A stretch of DNA of 63,760 bases, the filler included. It is 8 parts of 8 records of this genome, joined end to end, with 100 filler letters (N's around TTAATTAATTAA, not from the genome) between each part and the next. Parts side by side here need not be neighbours in the genome. Positions count along the whole stretch, not along the records: positions 29,022 to 37,148 come from SRR31156797_43317; positions 37,249 to 42,852 come from SRR31156797_43324; 6 more parts are not named here. One strand, written 5' to 3'. Both the position numbers and the translations under genes were made by a program. The notes below the pieces were generated by a model. That model was given only the letters and a program-made list of their open reading frames with translations, searched no databases and was not told the origin of the DNA. This document shows, one piece after another, positions 30,256 to 40,557 of this stretch (positions are counted from its first letter, which is position 1; the number at the start of each line of letters is the position of its first letter).

Positions 30256-30271
30256 TGGCGTACATATTGCT
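30256..30271 (+). promoter_or_regulatory. Putative sigma54 promoter facing the sulfatase
   Basis: TGGCGTACATATTGCT (GG-N10-GC). Confidence 0.5.
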
Positions 30272-30409
30272 TCAATTAAAGTTATTGTAACATCTAAAAG
30301 TACTATTGTAACAAGACTGTTTCGATAGGTCAGCAAGTGAGACAATAGTGGTCCATTGATTCTGTCTCGCGGTTAATGTTAATAATTTAATCTATTAAAG
30401 GAGATTGTT

Positions 30410-32008
30410 ATGAGAACTTATGGATTTTCATTTTACTTTATAGTTGCCTGCACAGCGTTCCTGCTTGCTGGTAACTTAGGTGCAAAGGAAATTATCCACG
30501 ATGCTGAGCAAGAACGACTTGTAGCGCAGCATGGAAAAAAATGGGCAAACGAGGACAAAGAAGTTGATAAAAAACTCAAGGAACTCGAAGAAAAGTTTGG
30601 CAAGAAGCCGAATATTATCCACATTATTTGGGACGACATGAAGTACGGGGCCATCGGCCATCCGATGCTCAATCAGGTTACTGGCTATAAATCGCCCAAT
30701 ATCAACAAATTGGCAGCCGAAGGCATGACATTTACTCGCATGTACTCAGAACCCTCATGTACACCGACGCGTGTGGCGGCCATGACAGGGAGACTGCCTG
30801 TGCGCAGTGGTATGGTCCTCCCCATCTTTCCGATTCACCGCATGGGTCTTCCGGGATCTGAAGAAACCATAGCAGAGGTCCTGGGCGATGACTATGCTAC
30901 TGGATTTTTCGAGAAGTCCCACTTTGGAGACCAGGAGGAGTCCTACCTGCACAACCAGGGTTTCGACGAAGCCATTTTTACCTTGTATAATCAGTTTGCT
31001 GGACAGATGTTTACTCCGGAAGCCGAGCACAACGCTTATACATATGGTTGGGAACGTGATACTTGGGATGATTATGCAATAGATCAGAATTTCAGACCGT
31101 ACGACTGGATGTGGGCAGTTGAGGGATTTAAAGGGGGAACAACCAAAGAAATCTCCACGCCAAAGACCTTCCAAGAGTACGTTGATTTTAATACAATGGC
31201 CTACGACCGGGTAAAGGCATTTATCCGAAAACATGCAAATGGAGATAAACCATTTTTACTCGATTGGTGGCCAAACTTGATCGAGGGAGCGGATCGAACG
31301 CATAATTATCCTCAGGAGACACAAATTGGCCTTAGCAGTGCTGAGAGTTTCGCCCGTTTGGATAAAAAGATCGGTGAAGTTGTAGCTCTTTTGAAGGAAC
31401 TTGGGGTCCTTGAAAACACCTTAATTGTACTCATGGGTGATAATGGCCCCATGGAGGCGCTGTGGCCTGAAGTTACCTACCACAATCCAGGCATATTCCG
31501 GGGTGGAAAAAATGATTTCCTTGAGGGCGGCGTAAGGGTCCCTGCATTTGCTTATTGGCCCGGAGTAATTGAGCCGGGACAAGTTGTCGGCGACATTGTC
31601 CATGTTTCGGATTTATTCACCACATTTGCTCGACTGGGCGGTGCTAAAGATCGTATTCCAACTGACCGGATCATCGACGGGGTCGACCAGACAGCTCTTT
31701 TCCTGAACGGTGACGGCCACGGCCGCCGTGATTACGTCTATATTTATCAGGGACCGGTCCTTTCTGCTGTCGTAAAACAGCAGTATAAACGCCACTTCGC
31801 AGGTGCGGCCCCCGGTCTTGCCGGCAAAGGATTTTTTGATCTGTTTAAAGATCCCCGTGAAGAACATCCCCTTATGGGAGAGTTCCTCTGGGCGTGGCCG
31901 GCTTTCGACCAGATGAAAGCGCGGCATGAAGCGCATATCAAGAAATATCCGCACACCCCAGTTGCCACTGGCGAACCCTATACTGGGGTTGAACGAATGA
32001 AACGCTGA
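30410..32008 (+). CDS. Secreted Cys-type arylsulfatase
   Basis: KPNIIHIIWDD, CTPTR (CxPxR formylglycine motif), TGR, GDNG, GGVRVP; AAGGAG RBS. Confidence 0.92.
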   Translation: MRTYGFSFYFIVACTAFLLAGNLGAKEIIHDAEQERLVAQHGKKWANEDKEVDKKLKELEEKFGKKPNIIHIIWDDMKYGAIGHPMLNQVTGYKSPNINKLAAEGMTFTRMYSEPSCTPTRVAAMTGRLPVRSGMVLPIFPIHRMGLPGSEETIAEVLGDDYATGFFEKSHFGDQEESYLHNQGFDEAIFTLYNQFAGQMFTPEAEHNAYTYGWERDTWDDYAIDQNFRPYDWMWAVEGFKGGTTKEISTPKTFQEYVDFNTMAYDRVKAFIRKHANGDKPFLLDWWPNLIEGADRTHNYPQETQIGLSSAESFARLDKKIGEVVALLKELGVLENTLIVLMGDNGPMEALWPEVTYHNPGIFRGGKNDFLEGGVRVPAFAYWPGVIEPGQVVGDIVHVSDLFTTFARLGGAKDRIPTDRIIDGVDQTALFLNGDGHGRRDYVYIYQGPVLSAVVKQQYKRHFAGAAPGLAGKGFFDLFKDPREEHPLMGEFLWAWPAFDQMKARHEAHIKKYPHTPVATGEPYTGVERMKR

Positions 32009-32137
32009 TTCACCGGAGACGTCTTGAACTGAAGCATGGTAACCCATGCCACCCTTCCAGCCTAACGGCTGGAGGGGTAGTACATAAGATGAAAACAGAT
32101 AAATGACGTCTGGAGGGGAACTTCATCAATCCTAACC

Positions 32138-32177
32138 AGATAAAAGCCCTCCGTATGATTTTTGAGGGCTTTTATCT
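32138..32177. terminator. Perfect 14-bp inverted repeat, probable bidirectional terminator
   Basis: AGATAAAAGCCCTC ... GAGGGCTTTTATCT; a second hairpin (CCAGCC-TAAC-GGCTGG) lies near 32057-32072. Confidence 0.65.
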
Positions 32178-32235
32178 TTATTACAGCTGAATTACAGCTG
32201 AGTAGACACACATGTGTCTTATTCAAGGATAGATT

Positions 32236-32574
32236 ATGCAGGGACTTGATATCCTCACCCTGATCATCATAGCTTCTCTTGCTGTGGTGATCGGATTTAT
32301 CGTGGTCAAATTAGGGGCGCTGCCCGGCAATATCGCGCAGCAGCGAAAGCACCACCAAACGGATGCGATCCGGGTGTGTGGATGGGTCGGTGTCTTGACG
32401 CTGGGTTTGGCCTGGCCTGTCGCTTTAATATGGGCCTATACCCGTCCTCAATTTCAGCCCAGTCCAGCTTTCGAGGCCGAGCACAATGAACTGGCGCGCT
32501 TGAAGCAGCAGGTTTTTGAGCTCGAAAAAAAAGTTGAGGCGCTCAAGGAAGAGAAAGGAGGCATAGACCTGTGA
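32236..32574 (+). CDS. DUF3302 small membrane protein
   Basis: LPG.IA..R.H.Q.DAI...GW......WP.ALIWAY followed by a coiled coil. Confidence 0.85.
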   Translation: MQGLDILTLIIIASLAVVIGFIVVKLGALPGNIAQQRKHHQTDAIRVCGWVGVLTLGLAWPVALIWAYTRPQFQPSPAFEAEHNELARLKQQVFELEKKVEALKEEKGGIDL

Positions 32575-33512
32575 TTGCATTTCTCATACTTTGTTATTGC
32601 GGGATTCTCTGGCTGGTTTTCTTTAAGCTGAAATTGCTGCCGTGGAACACCGTCAGCCAGGCCATTGCTGTGGCCATCGGTTTCTTTGGCATCGTGGAAC
32701 TGCTGATCTTAATCAACATTTACCAGCCCTATTCAACCAGCGCAACCCTCGTCAAGAAAGCCATTCCCATCGTATCCCGGGTATCCGGGCGGGTGCTGGA
32801 TGTTCCGGTAAAACCGAATACCCCCTTAAAAAAAGGGGATGTTTTATTCACAATAGACCCAAGACCCTATCAATACCAGGTGGATCAGCTAAAAGCCTTG
32901 CTGAGCCTGGCTAAAACTCGCCTTAGCCAGTCCAAAGCATTGCTGGAAGACCAGGCCGGAAGTCTTTATGATGTCGAACAATTCAAAGCAGAGGTCGACC
33001 AGTTGAGGGCACAGCTGGAAAAAGCCGAGCTTGATCTATCTGAAACCACTCTTTATGCACCGGCTGACGGTTATGTCACCCAGCTTTTTTTAAAACCGGG
33101 CGCTGTCACCTTGGCCAACCCCTTGGCATCGGTGATGAACTTCGTATATATCGAAGATGACATCGTTATTGTGCCGTTCAGACAGAACTCTCTGAGACAT
33201 GCCAGGCAGGGGGATACCGTGGAAATCGCTTTTGATACATATCCGGGGAAAGTTTTCCTTGGGTCACTGGTGGATATTGCCGGCGCGACCGGTGAAGCGG
33301 TATTAACGCCCAGCGGGAATCTGAGGGGGGCAACCCAGATACCGCCTAACGGGCCGCTGTGGGCCCGGATACACCTTGAGGAGGATGTATCAGGGTACCT
33401 GCTACCTGCCGGCACAAATGGTGCTGTGGCCATCTATACAGACAAGGGTAACGCCTTAAGCATTATTAGAAAAGTCATTATCCGGTTTTACACCTGGCTC
33501 AATTACTTATAG
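32571..33512 (+). CDS. HlyD/EmrA-family membrane fusion protein (YibH-like)
   Basis: RVSGRV..V.V..N..LKKGD.LF.ID..PYQ lipoyl/hairpin, APADGYV. Confidence 0.9.
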   Translation: MIAFLILCYCGILWLVFFKLKLLPWNTVSQAIAVAIGFFGIVELLILINIYQPYSTSATLVKKAIPIVSRVSGRVLDVPVKPNTPLKKGDVLFTIDPRPYQYQVDQLKALLSLAKTRLSQSKALLEDQAGSLYDVEQFKAEVDQLRAQLEKAELDLSETTLYAPADGYVTQLFLKPGAVTLANPLASVMNFVYIEDDIVIVPFRQNSLRHARQGDTVEIAFDTYPGKVFLGSLVDIAGATGEAVLTPSGNLRGATQIPPNGPLWARIHLEEDVSGYLLPAGTNGAVAIYTDKGNALSIIRKVIIRFYTWLNYL

Positions 33513-33532
33513 CCACACTTAGAGAGAAGCAT

Positions 33533-34963
33533 ATGAAATTTAATTTTTTAAAAATAATGATTCTGATATCTGCGGCGTTTTGGCTTGGCGGATGTTCCGG
33601 AACGCCTTCACCCAGTATAGGAGAAGTGGTCGGGCAGGCGCTTCCGGAAAAAACTGAAATTCCGGAAAACTGGGCCTCAAAAGGTATGGAGGCATCGCCT
33701 GACCAGACCCTGAATGTCCAAATCGAACCGGTGGAAGACGGTTGGATCAAAAGCTTCAACGACCCACAACTTGAGGCACTTGTCCAAGAAGCGGTGCTGC
33801 ATAACCCGGGGCTGCGTATTGCCGCCGCTAATGTGGATAGGGCCGCTGCCCTGGCGGTTATTTCAGGCGCTGCATTAAAACCGAGTGTCGGTGCAGGGGT
33901 AATAGGGGAAAAATCTTATGGGGGCAGCCTCCTTGATACGGATGCCTGGGGGGCGGGCATGGCCTGGGAGATTGATCTATGGGGTAAGCTTCGGGCAAGG
34001 GCCGCTGCAGGCGAAGCCGCATATGAAGCCAGCGTTGCAGACTATGATGCGGCTCGCCAGTCCCTGGCGGCTGTGACGGTAAAAGCATGGTTCCTGTTGA
34101 CAGAGGCGTATCAGCAGCGAACCCTTATTGAGAAGAGCGTCGGTATTTATGAAAAAATGCTGAGCCTGGCAGAAGCGAGATACAAGGTGGGCAAAGTTTC
34201 CAAACAGGATGTCTACCTGGCCAGATCGGATCTGTCCTCAGCTAAGGAGCGTCTCAGGCAGATGCAAACTGCCTTTGACCAGGCTGCCCGCGGACTTGAA
34301 ATTTTGCTCGGAAGATATCCCAATGCCGAAATCGAGGCCGAAAAAGAATTTGCCGCAATGCCGCCAGCCATTCCTGTTGGATTGCCCTCGGATATTCTGC
34401 AGCGGCGGTATGATCTTATATCTGCTGAGAAACAGGTGGCGGCAGCGTTCCAGCAGACCGTTGAGGCTAAAGCGGCAAGGCTGCCTAGCTTAAGCCTGAC
34501 CGCAAGCGGGGGCAGCATCAGCAATGATCTTAATAAGCTATTAGGCGGTGATCGGGGGTTTTTCAATGTGGGGGCGAACTTCTTAGCCCCAATTTACACG
34601 GGCGGGGCGCTTGAAGCACAGGTTGAGATTGCATCGGCCAACCAGGAAGAGGCCCTGGCAGCTTATGGCCAGACCGCTTTGACAGCATTCAGCGAGGTGG
34701 AAAGGACGCTTGGCAATGAACGGCTCATCATGGAACGGGAAGCGTTTTTAGAGGATGTTGTCAATGATAATGCCGAAGCACTGAAGCTGGCTGAAAAGCA
34801 GTACCGGGTAGGGCAGACAGATATGTTAAATGTCCTGATTAACCAGGCACGTTTCATTGGGGCCCAGGCCGCTCTAATCAGCATTAAAAATGACCGGCTG
34901 GCCAACCGGGTGAACTTGCATATGGCACTGGGAGGAGATTTTGAAGAACCCAAAACCAATTAA
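33533..34963 (+). CDS. Outer membrane efflux lipoprotein (NodT/OprM family)
   Basis: Lipobox LGGC; WEIDLWGK, GLPSDILQRR.D, LHMALGG. Confidence 0.92.
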   Translation: MKFNFLKIMILISAAFWLGGCSGTPSPSIGEVVGQALPEKTEIPENWASKGMEASPDQTLNVQIEPVEDGWIKSFNDPQLEALVQEAVLHNPGLRIAAANVDRAAALAVISGAALKPSVGAGVIGEKSYGGSLLDTDAWGAGMAWEIDLWGKLRARAAAGEAAYEASVADYDAARQSLAAVTVKAWFLLTEAYQQRTLIEKSVGIYEKMLSLAEARYKVGKVSKQDVYLARSDLSSAKERLRQMQTAFDQAARGLEILLGRYPNAEIEAEKEFAAMPPAIPVGLPSDILQRRYDLISAEKQVAAAFQQTVEAKAARLPSLSLTASGGSISNDLNKLLGGDRGFFNVGANFLAPIYTGGALEAQVEIASANQEEALAAYGQTALTAFSEVERTLGNERLIMEREAFLEDVVNDNAEALKLAEKQYRVGQTDMLNVLINQARFIGAQAALISIKNDRLANRVNLHMALGGDFEEPKTN

Positions 34964-35843
34964 ATTCCAAACAGCCACCTTTTTAATGTTTGTGATTGTT
35001 GGGCTGAATTGTCCTGCGTTTGCCAGTGAGCAGGGATTGACCAGGGAAACACATAAAACGGTGAAAGAAGAGACCGATCTTTCTGAAATCAGCCGCCAGC
35101 TGGACAATCCTTTGACAGGACTCTGGTCTCTTACTTTTGAAAATAAAACATACATTAAAAAAGGCGACCGGATTGATGGAAAAGAACTAGGTAATGTGCT
35201 GAATTTCCAGCCGGGAATGCCAATACCGCTGGGCGCAGACCAAGAGTGGGTATTTATTGCACGCCCTGTTTTTCCCCTTGTCACGAATCCTGTTCTGGAT
35301 GCAAGTCAGCCCGACGGCACTGATGGCCACGAAACAGGGCTTGGGGATATTCAGCTGCTGTCCATGGTCGGGCCGAACAGGAAAGATGGTTTTGTCTGGG
35401 GGCTTGGCGCAACATTTAAATTCCCGACAGCCACCGACGACGCACTGGGCCAAGATAAGTACCAGGCTGGGCCGGCGGCCATGCTTTTCAACATTTCAAA
35501 ACCCTGGGTTGTCGGTGTACTGGTTCAGAACTGGTGGTCTTTTGCCGGCGATGATGATGCGCCGGATACTGGTAAGACAGACATTCAATATGTCATACGC
35601 TACTCGCTGCCTGATGCCTGGTCAGTTGGGATGGGCCCGACCGTATCCATTGACTGGGAGGCAAGCAGTGATGACCGATATACCGTGCCTGTGGGATTGG
35701 GGGTAACCAAAACCTTACGTATTGGAAAGTTTCCGGTGAAGTTCAGGCTTGAGGCCCATTATTCCCTGATCAGACCTGACAGTTATGGGGATGAGTGGAC
35801 GTATATTTTCAGGATTGCACCGGTGATACCCAGCCCGTTTTAA
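34941..35843 (+). CDS. Putative outer-membrane beta-barrel ('neuromedin U'-annotated family)
   Basis: LSRQLDNPL, QP..P, GLGDI, WG.G....PTA...LG..K...GP, V.LG..KT pattern; ends in F. Confidence 0.6.
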   Translation: MKNPKPIKFQTATFLMFVIVGLNCPAFASEQGLTRETHKTVKEETDLSEISRQLDNPLTGLWSLTFENKTYIKKGDRIDGKELGNVLNFQPGMPIPLGADQEWVFIARPVFPLVTNPVLDASQPDGTDGHETGLGDIQLLSMVGPNRKDGFVWGLGATFKFPTATDDALGQDKYQAGPAAMLFNISKPWVVGVLVQNWWSFAGDDDAPDTGKTDIQYVIRYSLPDAWSVGMGPTVSIDWEASSDDRYTVPVGLGVTKTLRIGKFPVKFRLEAHYSLIRPDSYGDEWTYIFRIAPVIPSPF

Positions 35844-35947
35844 AAATAATTCTGAACATAATTATATGGAAAAGGATCCTATCTGTCATTAATGGTTTTA
35901 GCCGGGAGTATGACAGATGAAAAGCCATAACTAAGGAGAGACTAAAG

Positions 35948-37060
35948 ATGAAATTTACCCGTCGTAATTTTATAAAAACCAGTGCTATAGCCGCAGGAAC
36001 GGCAGCTGCGCTACCGTTGAATGCCTTTGCGTCTTCTCAATCCAAAAATGGCCTGCCCCTCACCGTTACCGGATACAACCTGGACCGCACAAGGGCTTTG
36101 TTTGACGGACGGGTGACGATTGACGGCTGTGCCGCAGAATTTAAGGAAGAAGGCATCGGCGATTTGAACACCCATGTTTTCAGCGGCCCCCAGACCCTAA
36201 ATGTTACAGAAGTCGGGCTTCACCCTTTTATGCTGGCCTGGGTTAATGAAGGGTTCAGGGCCTATCATTTGCTACCTATTTTTCCATTGCGGGTGTTCCG
36301 GCATAAAAGTGTTTTTATTAGAACTGACCGGGGGATAAAAACGCCTGAGGATTTAAAAGGAAAAAAAGTCGCTACAGCAGGGTATTCATCCACCTCCCTG
36401 ACCTGGATCCGGGGGATTTTTGAAGATGAATACGGCCTTAAGCCTGAAGACATGCAATGGATAGTCTCCCAAAAAGATTCCTCGGCCAAGGATGCAGGCA
36501 AGGTCTCAAAGCAGGAGAATATTTTTCCCAAAGTGGTGCCCATAAGCTACGGACCTGAAGGAAAGGATGAATCCGACCTCCTGGCTGAAGGTGTTGTGGA
36601 TGCCTGCTTTCACGCGGCCGAACCTAAAGCCTATGTACAGGGCCATCCCAAAGTCGCCAGGCTTTTTCTGGATTACCGGTCTGTGGAACGGGCCTTTTAT
36701 GACAAGACCGGCATTTTTCCCATCATGCACATTGTTGCCATTAAACGGGATTTTGCCAAAGCCCATCCCTGGGTAGTCAAAGCGGTGTTCAATGCCTATT
36801 CGGAGGCCAAAAAACTGGCCTACCAATACATGGCCAAAGCGATGTGGTTTGACAACATGCTGCCATGGGCCCCCCAGGAGTTTGAGGAAACAAAGGCATT
36901 GATGGGCCCCAATTTTTATTCATATGGAATTGAACCGAATCGAAAAATACTTGACACATTGTTTAAATATTCATACCGGCAAAAATTATGCAAACGCAAG
37001 CTTACCGTTGAAGAAGTTTTCGAGCCTTCAAGCATTCAGTTGTCAGAGTCCTTTGAATAG
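35948..37060 (+). CDS. Tat-exported 4,5-dihydroxyphthalate decarboxylase-like / PBP-II fold protein
   Basis: Tat signal TRRNFIK; DRTRALFDG.V, PIFPLR.FRH, TGIFPIMH motifs. Confidence 0.75.
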   Translation: MKFTRRNFIKTSAIAAGTAAALPLNAFASSQSKNGLPLTVTGYNLDRTRALFDGRVTIDGCAAEFKEEGIGDLNTHVFSGPQTLNVTEVGLHPFMLAWVNEGFRAYHLLPIFPLRVFRHKSVFIRTDRGIKTPEDLKGKKVATAGYSSTSLTWIRGIFEDEYGLKPEDMQWIVSQKDSSAKDAGKVSKQENIFPKVVPISYGPEGKDESDLLAEGVVDACFHAAEPKAYVQGHPKVARLFLDYRSVERAFYDKTGIFPIMHIVAIKRDFAKAHPWVVKAVFNAYSEAKKLAYQYMAKAMWFDNMLPWAPQEFEETKALMGPNFYSYGIEPNRKILDTLFKYSYRQKLCKRKLTVEEVFEPSSIQLSESFE

Positions 37061-37148
37061 CCGACATTCACAAATCAAAGGAAACTGCACGATAAAAATT
37101 ATTTATTTATAATAATTGCAGACCTCGTTATTTTTGCCTATATTTTTT

Positions 37149-37248
37149 NNNNNNNNNNNNNNNNNNNNNNNNNNNNNNNNNNNNNNNNNNNNTTAATTAA
37201 TTAANNNNNNNNNNNNNNNNNNNNNNNNNNNNNNNNNNNNNNNNNNNN
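37149..37248. other. Artificial contig linker
   Basis: N-run/TTAATTAATTAA/N-run. Confidence 0.99.
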
Positions 37249-39082
37249 CGTCGTTGTAGCTCTCGAAATCGTCGATGACGAGGAACGCCTGCGTCGCAAA
37301 GCTCCAGAGAGGACCGTGCCAGGAGCGGGTCGCCTCGGCTTCGTTGACCTCGTTGATCTGCCAGTAGTAGGTTGTGTCCAGGCTCAGGACACCGGGATGG
37401 TACGCGCTGTCCGCGACCGTGTCGGCCAGAGCCAGCGCGTCGGCGGCGGTTCCGAGGTGGACCTCGTGCGCACTGGCCTCGCGGCCAGCCCGCCAAGTGA
37501 GCAGGGTGTCGATACCGACATCGGCGGCCCCGTCGGTCGGTTCGGGTTCGCGCGCCCGGACCGGGGTGTAGAGGAAGCGAACCTCACTGAGACCGTACTG
37601 ACCCATCATGCCGTAACCACTGTTGGCCGTCAGGCGGACCGATTGAGCCGCGATGCCCTCGAGATCCACGGTCGTGCTGGCAGTGTAGTCCGCGCGGGCA
37701 GTGCCTTGGGCGAACTGGACGTCCGTCAGAACCGTCCAATCTGCGCCGTTCTCGGAGGTCTCGATCGTGACATCCCTGAAGCCGAACCCGAGCATCAGCT
37801 CGAACAGCACGTTGTAGTTCCAGACCTGAAGCTCGTGCAGCTTGTAGACCTGGTCGAAGTCGTACTGGATCCACACCGGTTCCGTACCGCCCGTCGTCCC
37901 GGCCCACATGTCGCCCTCCGCGGTTGAGTGTTGGTCTTCCGCGTTGAGACCGGAACCATCGACCGTTCTCTCCGGACCCAAGTCCGGCTCCGAGGTGCCG
38001 TTGCTGGTGGCGGTGATGTTCGCGATCGGATAGGCGAGCGGCTCGGCCGTGAAACTCCAGACGTTGCCGGGGTACATCTCCCCCTCGGCAGTGATCAGAT
38101 CGACCCGCCAATAGTATGTCTGCCCAAACTCGAAGAGCCCATCAGGATCATAAGCCAGGTCACTTTGGCCCTGACTGACCAGAACGCCCAGAGGATTGTT
38201 CTCATCGGCGGCCGTAACATCGTCGAGGCTGTCGCCGAAGTAGACGTTGTAGGTCGCGGCGGCATCTGCCGAGGACCAGGCCAACTCGGCCTCGCGCGGG
38301 ATGTCCGTCACTTCGTTGGCGGGATTCGGGTTGTAGGCCTTCAGGCCGGGGACGACCAACGGCCCTTCAATGCTGAAATTATCGAAAGCGGCGTGCCCTT
38401 GCTCGGTGTTGTACGTTGCCTGGAACAGCCCGACCTGGAGGGCCAGGCCGTCGAAATCGTCTCGCGTCAGTGGCGAGACCGCCATCTCGGTCCAGGACGC
38501 CCCATCGGCGCTGGTTCTGAAATGAAAGGCATTGCCGATACGCTCGATCTGGAGATAGGGGTCCAGGTTGAACTGCCTGCCGTTGTGGCCGTCCTCGGTG
38601 CGGACATCGTCGTCAGCCGAGCGAACGAAGTTGCCGCAACTCCAGATCGGGAAGTAATCCAGGGCCACCCAGTCTTCCCCGGCACCGGCCTCGTCCGGCA
38701 CGGCCCGCACCAGGATGCCACAGTTGTTGTGATAGACCGGGGCTGCCTCGGTCCCGGCATACTCGGTCACCTGGACCGTGGCGATGAAATCCCCTTCGAT
38801 GACCTTGTACAGGAACGGGGCCAACGGGATCCACGGTTCCTGATACCGTCCCTCGGTGGACTGGATGTACAGTTGTCCGGGGCGGTCGACGGAGGCGTTC
38901 AAGGCGTCGACGGTCTCATCGGGCCCCAGGCCGACGAAGCCATCCCAGAACGTCCCCTCCACGCCGTCGGCCATGTAGTCGTGGACGGCTTCAAATGTAT
39001 CGGTGAAGACCGCTGACTCGACCGCGCCGGCCGTCGCCAGCGCCAATGCGATCACAGTAAGACAACGCAATCTCATACCCAT
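37249..39082 (-). CDS. Secreted modular protein: ConA-like domain, Fn3-like repeats and discoidin (F5/8 C) domain; 3'-truncated
   Basis: Signal peptide; TYYWRVD...G.VWSFT repeats; TVDGSGL...WIQYDFD..YKL...VWNYN...GLSEVRF; VIDDFESY (typical of Phycisphaerae secreted proteins). Confidence 0.8.
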
Positions 39083-39460
39083 GGCAGTCCTCCTTTAAAC
39101 AAGATCAATTCGACCCGGTCTGCGGTGCATGCCGAAGACCATGCGTTTCATCGACGAGAATCTTCCCGCACAGAAGTAGAATGCTGCTCGGAGGGCGCGA
39201 TACTTGCGACCATTGCCGCCAAACCTTCCTCCTCGCACAACCACGTCTCGCAGTGCAGCGGCATTTCTGCCCGGACAATGTGTCCGCCTCCATCCCAAGG
39301 CTCCGCAACGGGCCTTCCGCGTGACCGCGAAACAGAAGACAACCTTATTTTATCCCACAACGACCACGTCAGAGGCAAGACCGCTCTGCGTTTTGGTTTC
39401 ACCACTTCGCGAGTACTAACGCCTTGCCTGCCCTCGACCCCGGTGGTCGAAGTCGCTCAG

Positions 39461-40447
39461 TCAGCGGACCCGGGCCAATGTCTTGCGCGGCGCGGCGAAC
39501 TGGCGCGCGTGCTGGGCATTCTCATCGACTTGATCGTGGACACGGGGGTACATGCCGACGATCGCACCGTCGATGGGCTTGAGGTGTTCGAAGGCGAACT
39601 TGAACGCCTCGGCCACCTCCTGCTTCTCCCCGCAACGCTGTCCCGCGGCGAGGATCTTGAAGCCCAGGCACGGCTGGGCCACCTGGCGCGCCACCGCCGT
39701 CATCGTGACCGGGTCGGTGGTCGAGCAGGAGTAGTGCCCGATGTGGATCCCCGTCCCCGGTGCGATTCTCTGCCGTTCTTCGTCCGATCGGGTCAGGTAG
39801 TAGAAGCAGGTCATGAACAGATCGACCGGCCAGCCCTCGTCGGCGACGCGTTTGATACAGTCGGGGTTGTGGGCCGAGACGCCCGCCAGCACGCCGGCAT
39901 CGCGCACGCGCTTGACGAAGTCGTGGACCTGGTCGCTCTTGCCGTCCCGGAACAGCCGGTCGGTGGCACCGCCGTGGTGCACGATCGCGATCGGGGCGAT
40001 ATCCGCGACGACCTTTTCAATCGATTCGGCGTTGGCATGGAGGCAGAGGAATTTCATCTTCGAGCCCTGCTCGCGCAGCGTCCGCACGGCTGCGACGCCT
40101 TTGGCCGCGTGGTCGAGCTGCCAGGTCGTGATGCCGTTTCGTTCGCAATCCTGGAGGAACGCCACCGTTCGCTCGAGGGTGAAATACTCGCGCATTTGGC
40201 GGTCCATGGCCGAGCCCAGGTAAGAGTATCCGGCGATGGGATTCCAGCCGGCGATCACACGACTGACGCGGTGCGTGCCGAGGTGAATCGTCGGTAGTGG
40301 CGACGCGGGCGGGTCGGCCGATACTGCCGAGGCGCCGCTGCTCCGCACCGCTTCTGAGAAGACCAGGGCCGAACCGGTCAGGGCCAGGGGAAGACGGGAG
40401 AGAAACTGCCTGCGCCCCGTCACGTCCGGGTGATGGTTGGTATCCAT
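39461..40447 (-). CDS. Tat-signal hypothetical protein, aldo/keto-reductase-like TIM barrel
   Basis: TGRRQFL Tat motif; LG...VSRVIAGWNP, HHG..TD, GVSAHNP, FKILAAG; GGAGG RBS before ATG 40447. Confidence 0.65.
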   Translation of the reverse strand: MDTNHHPDVTGRRQFLSRLPLALTGSALVFSEAVRSSGASAVSADPPASPLPTIHLGTHRVSRVIAGWNPIAGYSYLGSAMDRQMREYFTLERTVAFLQDCERNGITTWQLDHAAKGVAAVRTLREQGSKMKFLCLHANAESIEKVVADIAPIAIVHHGGATDRLFRDGKSDQVHDFVKRVRDAGVLAGVSAHNPDCIKRVADEGWPVDLFMTCFYYLTRSDEERQRIAPGTGIHIGHYSCSTTDPVTMTAVARQVAQPCLGFKILAAGQRCGEKQEVAEAFKFAFEHLKPIDGAIVGMYPRVHDQVDENAQHARQFAAPRKTLARVR

Positions 40448-40557
40448 GACGACCTCCGCAAAGCTTGATTCGCACGCCGCCGAAAGGACCGAGTCGCCTT
40501 CCACATATATTGATTGTACCGAATGCCGGGCGGATCGCGAAGGATCAAATGCTGTCG

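Noticed and set aside
37928-40297. Long plus-strand ORFs (362 and 390 aa)
   Set aside because: Antisense to well-supported minus-strand genes; GC-rich codon artefact.
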